The notes: a model not told the origin generated them from the letters alone. 64,000 bases of DNA from Patescibacteria group bacterium (GCA_004322365.1 SCTS01000006.1:4777-68776), one strand, 5' to 3'. Shown: positions 37,430-48,373, numbered from the stretch's first letter. Numbers and translations are program-made.

Positions 37430-40400
37430 TTAAGCATCTTTCTTATACGCATCCCATGCTTTTGACTCTAATCCTTTCTTTCCTACTTCTGAGAGTGCCA
37501 TGGCAAATGCTTCTGCTAGCTGACGGTTAGTGATGAGCGGGATATTAAGGTCAACTGCCTTGCGACGAATAATAAAGCCGTCTGACGGATTATTCCCTCC
37601 GTTACCTTCTCGCACGAGCCCTCGATTTGCGAGATTGATAATGAGCTCAAGTTTTCCTGAATCAAGTAATGTCCCTACGTTCTCTTTCTTGCCGCTCTTA
37701 ATTTTATGCACGAGCTCTGAAGCAATACCGTGGGTTTTCAAAAACTCTGCAGTGTGTTCAGTCGCAAAAAAATTAAATCCTAACACTTTAAGTTTTTCTA
37801 TTGCAGGAAGAAGCTTTACTTTATTTTCCTCACCTCCAAGAGAAATCAAAATATTTTTCTTGGGCAATCGAAAACCAGCGGACATCATGGATTTCAACAA
37901 GGCTTCTGGATATGAATCACCAAACGCAGCCACCTCACCTGTTGATGCCATCTCTACATACCCAAGTGGATCAGCGCCTTTAATTCGACTGTATGAAAAC
38001 TGTGGCGACTTCACCGCAACATAGTCAAGTTCGAGCGTTTGATAGTGCCCACTAATGTCTTTGCCGAGCATTGCTTTTGTAGCGAGCTCAATAAAATTGT
38101 ACCCAGTGACTTTTGAAACGAATGGAAAACTACGCGACGCACGAACATTGGTTTCAATAACCTGTAATTTATTTTCTTTCGCCAAAAACTGAATGTTGAA
38201 TGGGCCAGTGATTTTCAACTCTTTGACTACTTTCTTTGCAATACGCTTTGCACGGCGAATCGTTTCAAGATAGGTGCGCTGTGGAGGTAATACTACTGTT
38301 GCGTCACCCGAATGTGTTCCTGCATTCTCAACGTGCTCTGTAATAGCGTAAATTTCGAGCTTGCCCTTTGAAGCCACGCCATCTATTTCAATTTCCCGTG
38401 CATTTTCAATAAATTTTGAAATAACTATTGGATGTTCTGATGACACATCAACTGCTCGCTCCAAAAATCGCATGAGTGATTTCTCGTCGGACGCAATTGC
38501 CATGGCCGAGCCTGAAAGAACATAGGAAGGGCGCACGAGAACAGGGTACCCAAGCCTCATAGCTGCTTCACCTGCAGCTTTTCGTGTAGTGAGCTCTGCC
38601 CATCCTGGTTGATCAATATTGAGCTTATCTAAAAGCTTTGAAAATGTGTGGCGATCTTCTGCGCGGTCAATGTTTTCAGGCGTGGTGCCTAAAATCTTCA
38701 CACCGTTTTTATGGAGTGGAAGTGCAAGATTGTTTGACACTTGTCCGCCCGTTGAAATGACAACTCCTTTTATTTTTTCAAATTGCACAATGTCGAGTAC
38801 ACGCTCAAGAGAAAGTTCTTCAAAGTACAATCTGTCTGACATGTCGTAGTCAGTCGACACTGTTTCGGGATTGTAGTTAATCATCACCGTCTCCTTGCCT
38901 TCGGCTTGGAGTGTTTTTAGCACCTGCACACTCGACCAATCAAACTCCACCGATGAGCCGATGGAATATGGCCCACTTCCAAGAACCGCAATTCCTTTCT
39001 TTCCAGGAGTCACATCGTGTTCAGTGCCGTGGTACGTCACATAAAGATAGTTTGTTTTTGCTGGAAACTCCCCCGCCAGCGTATCGATTTGCTTCACTAC
39101 TGGAGTGACATTCTTTTTTCCACGAAGTGCACGCACCGCCACTTCAGTCTTATCCGTAATTGTTCCAATTTGCTTGTCTGAAAATCCCGCCTGCTTTACT
39201 TGGCGTAACAATTCCACCGTGAGTGTTTCTTTCTTTAAGCGCTTTTCAAGCTCGATGATATTTTTCATCTTATCCAAAAACCATGTGGTGATACCTGAGA
39301 GCTTGTGAATCTCCTCAACAGAAACGCCCCGATGCAGTGCCTCTGCCACAGCAAAAACACGCCTCGTTGTTGGATCTTTAATTTCAGCTAGATATTTTTC
39401 TATATGAAATGCCTCGCCTTTATTTGCAGTAAATCCATCTGCTCCGATCATGAGCATACGAATTGCTTTCTGAAGCACCTCCTCAAAAGAGCGTCCTATC
39501 GCCATTACCTCTCCCACTGATTTCATTTCTGTTCCAATGGAGGTAACGGCACTATCAAATTTATTCAAATCCCATCGTGGCATTTTCAGTACCAAGTAGT
39601 CGAGTGCCGGCTCAAAACATGCGATTGTCTTTTGGGTAACAGCATTTTTAATAGTGAGAAGTGATTGTCCAAGGGCGAGCTTCGCAGCAATAAATGCCAG
39701 AGGATATCCAGTTGCCTTTGAAGCAAGTGCAGAAGAACGAGAGAGGCGTGCGTTTACTTCAATCACACGGTACTCACCCGTCGTGGGGTGGAGCGCATAT
39801 TGAATGTTGCACTCACCCACCACGCCAAGGTGTCGAATCGTTTTAATCGCCACTTCACGCAAACGGTGATATTCCTCATTCGTTAATGTTTGCGACGGCG
39901 CAACCACCATAGATTCACCAGTGTGAACACCCATTGGGTCAAAGTTTTCCATGTTGCAAACCACAATGCAGTTGTCATAGGCATCGCGAACAACTTCATA
40001 TTCCACCTCTTTCCACCCTGCAAGATATTCTTCAATCAATACCTGCGGGCTACGATGAAATGCTTCCGCAAGTCGAGTACGCAGTTCTGACTCAGAACGC
40101 ACTAACCCAGAACCTTCACCACCGAGCGCAAAGCCCATGCGAATCATCACTGGGTACTTCAGTTTTGCGGCGGCCTTTACCGCATCTTTAATATTTTCTG
40201 CAGCAAAACTTCTTGCAGTCACCACACCGATTTCCGAAAGACGCTTAATAAAAAGCTCTCTGTCTTCAGTGTCTCGAATAACAGACACGGGCGTACCCAA
40301 AACTTCAACGCCATATTTTTTAAGCACCCCACTCTTATCAAGCGCGAGGCCCAAGTTCAATGCGGTTTGCCCACCAAAGCCAAGAAGTATCGCATCAGGG

Positions 40401-40639
40401 CGTTCTTTCTCTATTACCTCTTTTGCAAAATGTTCAGTGAGTGGCAAAAAGTATACGGTGTCCGCAAGTCCTTTATCTGTCTGCACCGTTGCAATATTTG
40501 GGTTCATCAAAACAGTTCGAATACCTTCTTCTTTGAGTGCTTTGATTGCTTGAGAGCCCGAGTAATCAAACTCGCCAGCTTGCCCAATGCGCAAACCTCC
40601 AGAGCCGAGAATAAGAACTTTTTTGGGTTTTTTAGGCAT
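37430..40639 (-). CDS. carB: carbamoyl-phosphate synthase large subunit
   Basis: Duplicated ATP-grasp halves, oligomerisation and MGS-like domains. About 1070 aa. Confidence 0.95.
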   Translation of the reverse strand: MPKKPKKVLILGSGGLRIGQAGEFDYSGSQAIKALKEEGIRTVLMNPNIATVQTDKGLADTVYFLPLTEHFAKEVIEKERPDAILLGFGGQTALNLGLALDKSGVLKKYGVEVLGTPVSVIRDTEDRELFIKRLSEIGVVTARSFAAENIKDAVKAAAKLKYPVMIRMGFALGGEGSGLVRSESELRTRLAEAFHRSPQVLIEEYLAGWKEVEYEVVRDAYDNCIVVCNMENFDPMGVHTGESMVVAPSQTLTNEEYHRLREVAIKTIRHLGVVGECNIQYALHPTTGEYRVIEVNARLSRSSALASKATGYPLAFIAAKLALGQSLLTIKNAVTQKTIACFEPALDYLVLKMPRWDLNKFDSAVTSIGTEMKSVGEVMAIGRSFEEVLQKAIRMLMIGADGFTANKGEAFHIEKYLAEIKDPTTRRVFAVAEALHRGVSVEEIHKLSGITTWFLDKMKNIIELEKRLKKETLTVELLRQVKQAGFSDKQIGTITDKTEVAVRALRGKKNVTPVVKQIDTLAGEFPAKTNYLYVTYHGTEHDVTPGKKGIAVLGSGPYSIGSSVEFDWSSVQVLKTLQAEGKETVMINYNPETVSTDYDMSDRLYFEELSLERVLDIVQFEKIKGVVISTGGQVSNNLALPLHKNGVKILGTTPENIDRAEDRHTFSKLLDKLNIDQPGWAELTTRKAAGEAAMRLGYPVLVRPSYVLSGSAMAIASDEKSLMRFLERAVDVSSEHPIVISKFIENAREIEIDGVASKGKLEIYAITEHVENAGTHSGDATVVLPPQRTYLETIRRAKRIAKKVVKELKITGPFNIQFLAKENKLQVIETNVRASRSFPFVSKVTGYNFIELATKAMLGKDISGHYQTLELDYVAVKSPQFSYSRIKGADPLGYVEMASTGEVAAFGDSYPEALLKSMMSAGFRLPKKNILISLGGEENKVKLLPAIEKLKVLGFNFFATEHTAEFLKTHGIASELVHKIKSGKKENVGTLLDSGKLELIINLANRGLVREGNGGNNPSDGFIIRRKAVDLNIPLITNRQLAEAFAMALSEVGKKGLESKAWDAYKKDA

Positions 40640-41687
40640 GATTCTTTTTATACAAAGCAACAGAGGCTAAAAACTCATCGAAAACCCATGCGGTATCGGT
40701 AGGTCCAGGGGATGCTTCGGGATGAAACTGTACTGCAGACCACGGTTTAGAGCTGTGTTTAATACCCTCAATAGAACCATCATTCGCATTTTCAAACCAC
40801 ACCTTCCATTCTTTGGGTAATGTTTTTCGATTGATCGCGAATCCGTGATTTTGAGAAGTGATGTAACAACGAGTGCCGACAGTCACATCAGTACATGGCT
40901 GATTTTGAGAGCGATGTCCGTATTTTAGTTTGTAGGTTGATGCACCTGCGGCGAGAGCCATGAGTTGTGTACCGAGACAGATCCCAAGGATAGGAATATC
41001 TTTCTTGAATGCATTTTTTATATTTTGAATTGTGGCGTCACACATCGTTGGGTCCCCCGGACCATTTGAAAGAAAGAGTCCGTCATACTCCTCTTTTGTA
41101 AAATCGTAGTCCCAAGGAACACGAAGCACGGTGATACCAGGGCGCGTGAGTGAGCGGACAATATTTTCCTTCATCCCACAGTCAACTGCAATAATTTTTG
41201 TTGGGCCACTTCCGTACACACGCTTTTCTTTGATACTCACTTCTGCTACAAGGTTTCTTTTATTTGGATCCTCAAGAGCAATTGTGTTTCCCTTAGCTGA
41301 GAGTCCACCAAGCATGACGCCTTTTTCACGGAGCTTCTTTGTAAGCGCACGCGTATCAACACCGGAAATTGCAGGAATGCCAGATTTTTTCAACCACGAA
41401 GCGAGCGACTGCTTTGCAGATGCACTTGAGTAGGTCTCGCTGTACTCACTCACCACAAGCCCTGAAATATGAATACCTGTTGATTCAAAAAATTCAGGGT
41501 CAGGAACACCATAATTACCTACAAGTGGATAGGTCAGAACTAAAATTTGTCCTTGGTACGACGGATCAGTGAGTGTCTCAACATACCCAACCATCCCAGT
41601 ATTGAAAACAACTTCACCTGTTGCAGAAGTCTCTGCTCCAAAGCTTTTCCCTTCTATAACGGTTTTGTCTGCAAGGATTAATTTCAT
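40632..41687 (-). CDS. carA: carbamoyl-phosphate synthase small (glutaminase) subunit
   Basis: Class I GATase triad region (GICLGTQ, H..E). Confidence 0.9.
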   Translation of the reverse strand: MKLILADKTVIEGKSFGAETSATGEVVFNTGMVGYVETLTDPSYQGQILVLTYPLVGNYGVPDPEFFESTGIHISGLVVSEYSETYSSASAKQSLASWLKKSGIPAISGVDTRALTKKLREKGVMLGGLSAKGNTIALEDPNKRNLVAEVSIKEKRVYGSGPTKIIAVDCGMKENIVRSLTRPGITVLRVPWDYDFTKEEYDGLFLSNGPGDPTMCDATIQNIKNAFKKDIPILGICLGTQLMALAAGASTYKLKYGHRSQNQPCTDVTVGTRCYITSQNHGFAINRKTLPKEWKVWFENANDGSIEGIKHSSKPWSAVQFHPEASPGPTDTAWVFDEFLASVALYKKNHA

Positions 41688-41802
41688 AGATTAAAAAAAA
41701 GCCCCCAATAAATGGAGGTTTTTGAGGAATTAATTCCCTGTCTGTGGAGAGAGCGAAGCTTGAAGTGATTCTGCATACTCAAATTAAAAGTAGTCTACAT
41801 GG

Positions 41803-42780
41803 CTAACGCACTGAAGTAAAGAACCTGTCCACAGCATCCGCTACTTCTGTAGCATTTTCTGCCCTCATAAGTTCCCCCCGAAGCTCTGCGGCACCATCAA
41901 AACCATTCACATACGCTTTATAGTGTTTTTTCATAATGGCAAAAGATTTGTGAGGCAGTAATTCCTCAAAAAGCTTTGTGTGTTCCACCATGACTCGTAA
42001 TTGCTCTCGAATAGCAATGTAGGGTTTCGTAAACCCTACATTGGCGAATAGCCATGGGTTACCGAAGATGGCACGGCCCAGCATGGCGCCATCAGCACCA
42101 GACTCTTCAATTTTTGCTCGAGCATCTTCAGTGTCCACAATGTCCCCATTACCCAAAATAAATGCATCGGGGTTTTCGCGATTGCGGATGCCCACTGCGT
42201 GAGCAACTTCTTCCCACCGTGCAGGGACACTCGACATTTCCTTTCGTGTACGCGCATGAATGGTAATTGCAGAAACATCAGTTTCAAGTAGGTATGGTAA
42301 CCACTCCTCAAGTTCGTTTTTGTTGTACCCAATTCTTGTCTTTACCGAAACAGGCAATCCCCCACCGCCCCTAATTGCAGCTTCAACAACAGCCTTCGCG
42401 CGCATAGGGTCCCTCATCATTGCAGCTCCCGCTTTTTGCTTCTCAATTGATTTGTCGGGGCATCCCATGTTGAGGTCGATACCATCGAAACCAAGCTCCC
42501 TCGCAAGCTCGGCAGTTTTTTCCATGTGGTCAGGATTGCCTGTAAAAAACTGAGCAACTATTGGACGCTCTTCTTCGGAATAAATTAAATCCGCAAGCAG
42601 TTTCTTCTTTCCTATCTCTGGTGCACGCACCAAGCCGTCTGCCGAAACGAATTCCGTCCACATCACATCTGGTTTGCCATACTTTGCGATTACTCGACGA
42701 AATGCCGCATCCGTTACATCCGCCATTGGTGCAAGAACCAAAAACGGCTTAGGTAGTCTGTCCCAAAATCCTCTGTTCAT
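41803..42780 (-). CDS. dus: tRNA-dihydrouridine synthase
   Basis: LVLAPMADVTD, DLNMGCP, FMN TIM-barrel. Confidence 0.85.
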   Translation of the reverse strand: MNRGFWDRLPKPFLVLAPMADVTDAAFRRVIAKYGKPDVMWTEFVSADGLVRAPEIGKKKLLADLIYSEEERPIVAQFFTGNPDHMEKTAELARELGFDGIDLNMGCPDKSIEKQKAGAAMMRDPMRAKAVVEAAIRGGGGLPVSVKTRIGYNKNELEEWLPYLLETDVSAITIHARTRKEMSSVPARWEEVAHAVGIRNRENPDAFILGNGDIVDTEDARAKIEESGADGAMLGRAIFGNPWLFANVGFTKPYIAIREQLRVMVEHTKLFEELLPHKSFAIMKKHYKAYVNGFDGAAELRGELMRAENATEVADAVDRFFTSVR

Positions 42781-42826
42781 AGGGCGAGCCTACCACACAA
42801 CTTAACTTACGTGCGACTTGTTCCTA

Positions 42827-42888
42827 TGATCCCTTCGGATCCGATGAAGCATCGCCTAAAAGCTAGAAGCTATAACCTAGAACCTTCC
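42827..42888. repeat. leader element upstream of dus: 33-bp two-hairpin block plus heptamer array (AGCTAGA AGCTATA ACCTAGA ACCT)
   Basis: Block TGATCCCTTCGGATCCGATGAAGCATCGCCTAA is 32/33 identical to the reverse complement of 35666-35698. Confidence 0.6.
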
Positions 42889-42890
42889 TG

Positions 42891-43697
42891 TTATTCCCCT
42901 TTAAACTTTATATATACTTTGTCGCCAAAACGGAAATCTGCGTATTCAAACTCCTTGTTTTTTTTGAAGCTTTGGGATGCAAAAACTGATGCAATGTTTT
43001 CAAGGGTAGCCTGCTGGTTTGATGTAGTGCGAACAAACTTCAATACCCCACCGTCCGCAAACGCAAGCTCAACATCATTTGAAGTGCCATCAACAATAAC
43101 GGTCTCTGGAATGCGATGTATAGATGAAGCAATGCCAGTAACTAATGTATTGAGAGAAGCAAAACCGCCATCAAGGTATGTGCTACCAATAGGCACACTT
43201 GAAAGCGCCCCATAAAAACGAATCATCGGCGGTACATCCGTCACGGAAGCAAAAATAAATCCGTTTTTGTCGACACTGTAACAAGCTTCCTCTGCAGCAC
43301 CATCGCACCACAGAGCAGTCGCCCCTCGCTCTTCGGCAGTTACAGTGAGCACATTAAAACCATTTCGAGAGATGGTAATTTTTGCCAGTGGAGGAAAGGC
43401 AGTGGCTACGGCATTCTCTATATTTCTTTTTGGAAACAATAAGGAGTTTCTGTAGGGAATCCAATATGCGTATGAGCCATCCAATTTTTCTTCGACAAGT
43501 TTTTTAACTTCATCAGCTGAAACTATTGAAGTTCCTTTCACTTCAATTGAAGCAATTGTGGTTGCTGGAATACGCGCAAGAAACCACACAGCTATCAGCG
43601 ACAGAGCGACAACTGCACTGCCCGCAGCCACCTTCACCCACACTAATCGGCGTCGCCTATCTCGAAGACTAAGTTTTGGCTGTTGCGAATTTGGCAT
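42891..43697 (-). CDS. FtsQ/DivIB-like cell-division protein (TM + POTRA)
   Basis: Basic N-terminus, single TM, extracellular domain; in a division-site neighbourhood. Confidence 0.45.
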   Translation of the reverse strand: MPNSQQPKLSLRDRRRRLVWVKVAAGSAVVALSLIAVWFLARIPATTIASIEVKGTSIVSADEVKKLVEEKLDGSYAYWIPYRNSLLFPKRNIENAVATAFPPLAKITISRNGFNVLTVTAEERGATALWCDGAAEEACYSVDKNGFIFASVTDVPPMIRFYGALSSVPIGSTYLDGGFASLNTLVTGIASSIHRIPETVIVDGTSNDVELAFADGGVLKFVRTTSNQQATLENIASVFASQSFKKNKEFEYADFRFGDKVYIKFKGE

Positions 43698-43704
43698 AGG
43701 GACC

Positions 43705-44988
43705 TTAGGCCTTCAGTATATCCTTCCCTACATATTGCTGAAGAACTTTTGGAACACGGACTGTGCCATTTGATTCCTGATAATTTTCAAGAATAGCCGC
43801 GAGTGTGCGTCCCATAGCCACAAGCGTTGCGTCGTTCATATGTACAAATTCCATAGCACCGTCAGCGCGCTTTGTTCTGGTATTCAAACGACGAGCTTGG
43901 AACCCCCCCATGTAGTCTGAGGTATGTGTTTCGCGGTATGCGCCCTGCCCTGGCATCCAGGTGTTCATATCAAACTGTCTTTGATCTGGGAACCCCATAT
44001 CCGCGGTGCAAATTGAAATTACCTGATACGGCAAACCGAGGAGTTGTAAAAAATGTTCCTGAAGTGCCACCATAAAATCCTGCTCTTGATACCCTTCCTC
44101 TGGTTTCGTGAAGGTCTCCATTTCTACCTTATCAAAGTGGTGCATGCGAATTAATCCGCGCGTATCTTTACCGTATGAACCAGCTTCACGGCGAAATGAC
44201 GGTGAGTATCCAACATAGCGAATAGGTAGCATCTCTTCGGGAATAACCTCGTCCATGTGGATAGGTCCCAAAGTATGCTCTGCACTTCCAATCAACACTT
44301 CATCATCTTTTTCAAAATAGTACCGCTCATCTATAGGGTCGAGTCGTGCCATTCTATTCATCACGGCTGAACGCACCATATAAGGAGGGATAACGGGAAT
44401 GAAAGGCTTCGAAGAGACCTTTAGGCCAGAGCGCTCAATGACCCCCTTTAAAATGTCTTCGTCTGTAAGAACCTTCATTGCAAGATTGAGGAGTCCAAAT
44501 TGCATGAGTGCAAGATCTCCCATGAGGTATGCAAAACGAGCACCAGAAACCACCCCTGCCTTCTCAGAATTTATAATTCCTAAATCACTCCCTATTTCAA
44601 AATGTTGCCGTGGAGAAAAAGGGCCGAAGCTTCGTTTCTCACCCACTTCACGGAGCACCACATTCTCGTCCTCGCTAGCACCAATAGGTGTATCGGGTGA
44701 AGGAATGTTAGGAATCTTCAAAAGGAGTGCAACCAAATCTTTCTCTAGTGCTCCATGGCGAGCTTCAAGTGCCTGCAATTCTTCCTTAAGGAGTTTACCG
44801 GTTTCTATATCTCTCGTTGCAGCTGCTTCATTTCTTTTACGATTCACTTCTTCGATCCTTTGCTTCACGCCTTTACGCTCTTCGTGCAACTTCAATACTT
44901 CATCAATATCAACAGGCTTCCCTTTTTTATTTACAATCGCTGCGCGAACTATATCGGGATTATCTTGAATGAATTTGATGTCTAACAT
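43705..44988 (-). CDS. serS: seryl-tRNA synthetase
   Basis: N-terminal coiled-coil arm (MLDIKFIQDNPD..), class II motifs. Confidence 0.9.
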   Translation of the reverse strand: MLDIKFIQDNPDIVRAAIVNKKGKPVDIDEVLKLHEERKGVKQRIEEVNRKRNEAAATRDIETGKLLKEELQALEARHGALEKDLVALLLKIPNIPSPDTPIGASEDENVVLREVGEKRSFGPFSPRQHFEIGSDLGIINSEKAGVVSGARFAYLMGDLALMQFGLLNLAMKVLTDEDILKGVIERSGLKVSSKPFIPVIPPYMVRSAVMNRMARLDPIDERYYFEKDDEVLIGSAEHTLGPIHMDEVIPEEMLPIRYVGYSPSFRREAGSYGKDTRGLIRMHHFDKVEMETFTKPEEGYQEQDFMVALQEHFLQLLGLPYQVISICTADMGFPDQRQFDMNTWMPGQGAYRETHTSDYMGGFQARRLNTRTKRADGAMEFVHMNDATLVAMGRTLAAILENYQESNGTVRVPKVLQQYVGKDILKA

Positions 44989-44995
44989 AAAAAAC

Positions 44996-45042
44996 AGGTT
45001 ATAGGTTACAGGTTACAGGTTACAGGTTTTAGCTTTAACAGC
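44996..45042. repeat. heptamer array AGGTTAT AGGTTAC AGGTTAC AGGTTAC AGGTTTT AGCTTTA in the serS/dprA divergent region
   Basis: Read from sequence; cleanest member of the family. Confidence 0.7.
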
Positions 45043-45081
45043 AAATCAGAAGTGCACAATACCACGAGCTATACTTGAACC

Positions 45082-45936
45082 ATGCCAGTAGAAATACGAA
45101 AGCTCTCAAAAAATAACTTCCCAGCACTTCTTTCTGAAATCAACGACCCGCCAAGCACACTCTACTTACGAGGGGTATTGCCGCCACCCGAAACAAAGCT
45201 TCTAGCAGTTGTGGGGTCACGGCGTATGAGCAGATATGGGCAAGATGCTTGTGAACATTTAATTGCCGGACTTGCTGGATACCCTATTTCTATAGTTTCA
45301 GGTTTAGCCCTTGGCATTGATGGTGTTGCCCACAAGGCGGCGCTCGCGGCAGGCTTACACACTATTGCGGTTCCTGGCTCTGGGTTATCTGAAGAAGTTC
45401 TCTATCCGCGAGCGCACCTCACACTCTCAAGAGATATTCTTGATGCTGGCGGAGCACTTCTCTCGGAAATGGAACCAGATGAACACGCAGCTCCCTACAC
45501 ATTTCCTAAGCGTAATCGCATCATGGCAGGGATGAGCCACGCCGTCCTTATAATAGAAGCGGGCTTGAAATCAGGAACACTCATAACGGCACGGCTCGCT
45601 ACTGAATATAACCGTGAACTCCTCATTGTCCCCCACTCTATTTTTTCCGAGGGAGGCGCCGGCGGGCATCTCTTTATGGGTCTTGGAGCAAAACCGGTAC
45701 GGAATGCGGACGACATCCTTGATGTCTTTGATATGAAAAAAGAAGAGACTAAAAAAAGTGTTGAGCTTACTCCCGAAGAAGAGCGTGTGTTTGAAATTCT
45801 TTCTGCCCCCATACCACGCGACGAATTAATCCGTGCATTAGGAGTCTCTACTGGAAGTGCAAATGTGCTTCTTACACAAATGGAAATTCGTGGAATTATT
45901 ACAGAATCGATGGGAGAAATTAGGAAAAATATCTAG
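45082..45936 (+). CDS. dprA: DNA-processing protein DprA (SMF family)
   Basis: LLAVVGSRR..GLALGIDGVAHKAALAAG Rossmann-like DprA core. Confidence 0.8.
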   Translation: MPVEIRKLSKNNFPALLSEINDPPSTLYLRGVLPPPETKLLAVVGSRRMSRYGQDACEHLIAGLAGYPISIVSGLALGIDGVAHKAALAAGLHTIAVPGSGLSEEVLYPRAHLTLSRDILDAGGALLSEMEPDEHAAPYTFPKRNRIMAGMSHAVLIIEAGLKSGTLITARLATEYNRELLIVPHSIFSEGGAGGHLFMGLGAKPVRNADDILDVFDMKKEETKKSVELTPEEERVFEILSAPIPRDELIRALGVSTGSANVLLTQMEIRGIITESMGEIRKNI

Positions 45937-45982
45937 CAGTATGGTTGACACGATTCAATTCATGCCGTACTAGTGTCTCGTA

Positions 45983-48373
45983 ATGGCAACAAAAAGTGCA
46001 AGCGCAAAGAATACGCTCGTTATCGTTGAGTCGCCCGCAAAGGCAAAGACGATAGAAAAATACTTAGGACCTGGCTACAAGGTGCTTGCTTCCGTTGGGC
46101 ATGTTCGTGATTTACCAAAATCTAGCAAAGACGCTATTGATATTGAGGCTGGATTTATACCTCGCTATGTCACTGTTCCAGGAAAAGGAGATGTCATAAA
46201 AAAAATTGTAGAGGCTGCAGAAAAAGCTGATGAGGTGCTTCTTGCAACCGACCCTGACCGTGAAGGAGAAGCTATTGCGTGGCACCTAAATGAAGCGGCA
46301 CATCTCAAAGGGGCAAAGCGTGTCGTTTTTCATGAGATTACAAAAGACGCCGTAACAGAGGCAATTGCGCATCCACGAAAAATTGACCAAGACCTTCGAA
46401 AAGCACAGGAAGCGAGGCGCGTACTTGACCGACTTGTGGGGTACGACCTTTCAGGACTCATTTGGAAAAAAGTTCGCTATGGCCTTTCAGCAGGAAGAGT
46501 GCAATCGCCGGCACTTCGCATTCTCGTAGAAAAGGAACGAGAAATCCGTGCGTTCAACCCCGTTCAATATTTCGTTATCACCGCAGATTTGCAAACTCCT
46601 CGGGGCGATACATTTACTGCTACCTGCTCAACTGAGCCAGCAACAATTGCTGAAGCAGAAGAAATAGTAAAGAACGGCACCAAAGGTGCATGGGTAGTTG
46701 CTGATGTTACCTCTTCTCCAGTGAAGCGTTCCCCAAAAGCACCATTCACTACTTCAACGCTCCAGCAGTCAGCAAGCTCTCGTCTTGGCTTCTCACCTTC
46801 ACGCACTATGCGTACCGCACAAAGACTCTATGAAGCTGGCCACATAACCTACATGCGCACTGACAGCACGAGTCTTGCTGAAGTTGCGGTGAGTGCAATC
46901 GCCAGCCATGTAAAAAAAGAATATGGCGCGAACTACCTTGAAACCCGTACTTACAAAACAAAAAGTAAAAACGCTCAAGAAGCTCACGAAGCAGTACGCC
47001 CTACAGATATAACGGTCGCGAGAGCAGGAGCAACCGAGGAAGAAGAGCGTTTGTATGCACTCATATACACTCGCACTGTCGCCTCACAAATGTCAGATGC
47101 AATAATGACCCGTTCAAAAATTACTGCCATCACTGAAGGAGTTCCTGAATTTGGTGTCACTGGTTCCACTATGCAATTTGATGGATGGCTTGCTGCAGAT
47201 GTTGAAGCTAAAGGTGAGGAAACAATTCTCCCTGAAGCAAAAAAGGGAGAGAAACTAAAATTAGAGAAGATAGAATCGCAGGAAAAATATACCCAACCTC
47301 CGGCACGCTACACCGAGGCAGGCCTCGTGAAAGAGCTCGAAAAACGCGGTATCGGCCGACCATCTACCTACGCATCAATCATCAAGACTGTTGTCGACCG
47401 TGGCTATGTCGAAAAAATTGGAAGAGCTTTGCATCCAACAACTACAGGTGAAGTAGTCTCAACATTTCTAGAGGAAAACTTTGAAAAATACATCAGCGAT
47501 TCATTTACTGCTGAAATGGAAAACGAACTCGACCAGATTGCTTCAGGCGAGCGCGAGTATACAAAAACCTTGAAGAATTTTTACGGACCATTTTCAAAAG
47601 ATGTAGCGTCAAAAGAAGATATTCCAAAGCTCACTACTCTCGGTGATGTTCCTAAAGAATTCCCCTGCCCTTTGTGCGGACATGCAATGGTTATGAAACT
47701 TTCACGCACTGGTGTCTTCATGAGCTGTGCACGATTTCCTGACTGCAAAGGTTCTCGTACTGAAAAAGGAGAAGTTATTAAAGAGACTGAATCCATTGGT
47801 GATCATCCAGAAACCGGACACCCAATTCATGTGCGTGTCGGTCGTTTTGGTCCGTACCTAGAAATGGGTCCAAAAATGGAACCGGTACCAGAACCTGTGG
47901 ATGGAAAAAAGAAAAAGAAAGCAAAAAAACCTGACACAAGAAAAGCGAGTATCCCTCCAGAAATAATTCCTGAATCAATCACGATGGAACAGGCGGTTAA
48001 GCTTCTTTCGCTTCCACGAGAATTAGGTGTCCACCCTGACTCGAGCATGCCTATAACTTCAGCCATAGGAAAATTCGGTCCGTTCATCGTACATAACGGA
48101 GATTTTCGTTCACTCAAAGGAGCTGATGAGCCGTACAGTATCACCTACGAGCGAGCTCTCGAAATTCTCAAAGAGCCTAAGAAAGGACGCCCCGGCATTG
48201 CTATCGCACGCGAAGTTGGAACGCATCCACGCACAAAGAAAAAAATATATCTCTATAAATCAAAGAGTGGTTTCTTTTTGAAAAAAGGCTTCAAGCATGT
48301 GCGAATTCCCGATGGCATGGATCCAGAGAAACTCACCGTGCCAGAAGCACTTGAATTATTAAAGGCGTCTTAG
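45983..48373 (+). CDS. topA: DNA topoisomerase I
   Basis: Toprim (LVIVESPAKAKTI), catalytic Tyr domain, C-terminal zinc ribbons (CPLCGH..C..C), Lys-rich tail. Confidence 0.95.
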   Translation: MATKSASAKNTLVIVESPAKAKTIEKYLGPGYKVLASVGHVRDLPKSSKDAIDIEAGFIPRYVTVPGKGDVIKKIVEAAEKADEVLLATDPDREGEAIAWHLNEAAHLKGAKRVVFHEITKDAVTEAIAHPRKIDQDLRKAQEARRVLDRLVGYDLSGLIWKKVRYGLSAGRVQSPALRILVEKEREIRAFNPVQYFVITADLQTPRGDTFTATCSTEPATIAEAEEIVKNGTKGAWVVADVTSSPVKRSPKAPFTTSTLQQSASSRLGFSPSRTMRTAQRLYEAGHITYMRTDSTSLAEVAVSAIASHVKKEYGANYLETRTYKTKSKNAQEAHEAVRPTDITVARAGATEEEERLYALIYTRTVASQMSDAIMTRSKITAITEGVPEFGVTGSTMQFDGWLAADVEAKGEETILPEAKKGEKLKLEKIESQEKYTQPPARYTEAGLVKELEKRGIGRPSTYASIIKTVVDRGYVEKIGRALHPTTTGEVVSTFLEENFEKYISDSFTAEMENELDQIASGEREYTKTLKNFYGPFSKDVASKEDIPKLTTLGDVPKEFPCPLCGHAMVMKLSRTGVFMSCARFPDCKGSRTEKGEVIKETESIGDHPETGHPIHVRVGRFGPYLEMGPKMEPVPEPVDGKKKKKAKKPDTRKASIPPEIIPESITMEQAVKLLSLPRELGVHPDSSMPITSAIGKFGPFIVHNGDFRSLKGADEPYSITYERALEILKEPKKGRPGIAIAREVGTHPRTKKKIYLYKSKSGFFLKKGFKHVRIPDGMDPEKLTVPEALELLKAS

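Noticed and set aside
37530-40702. Plus-strand ORFs inside carB/carA
   Set aside because: Antisense to highly conserved carB/carA.
41728-41739. GGAATTAATTCC palindrome upstream of carA as an ArgR (ARG box) site
   Set aside because: Half-site spacing (GAAT-TA-ATTC) does not fit the 14-bp ARG box TGAATWWWWATTCA; a 12-bp AT-rich palindrome is weak evidence in AT-rich DNA.
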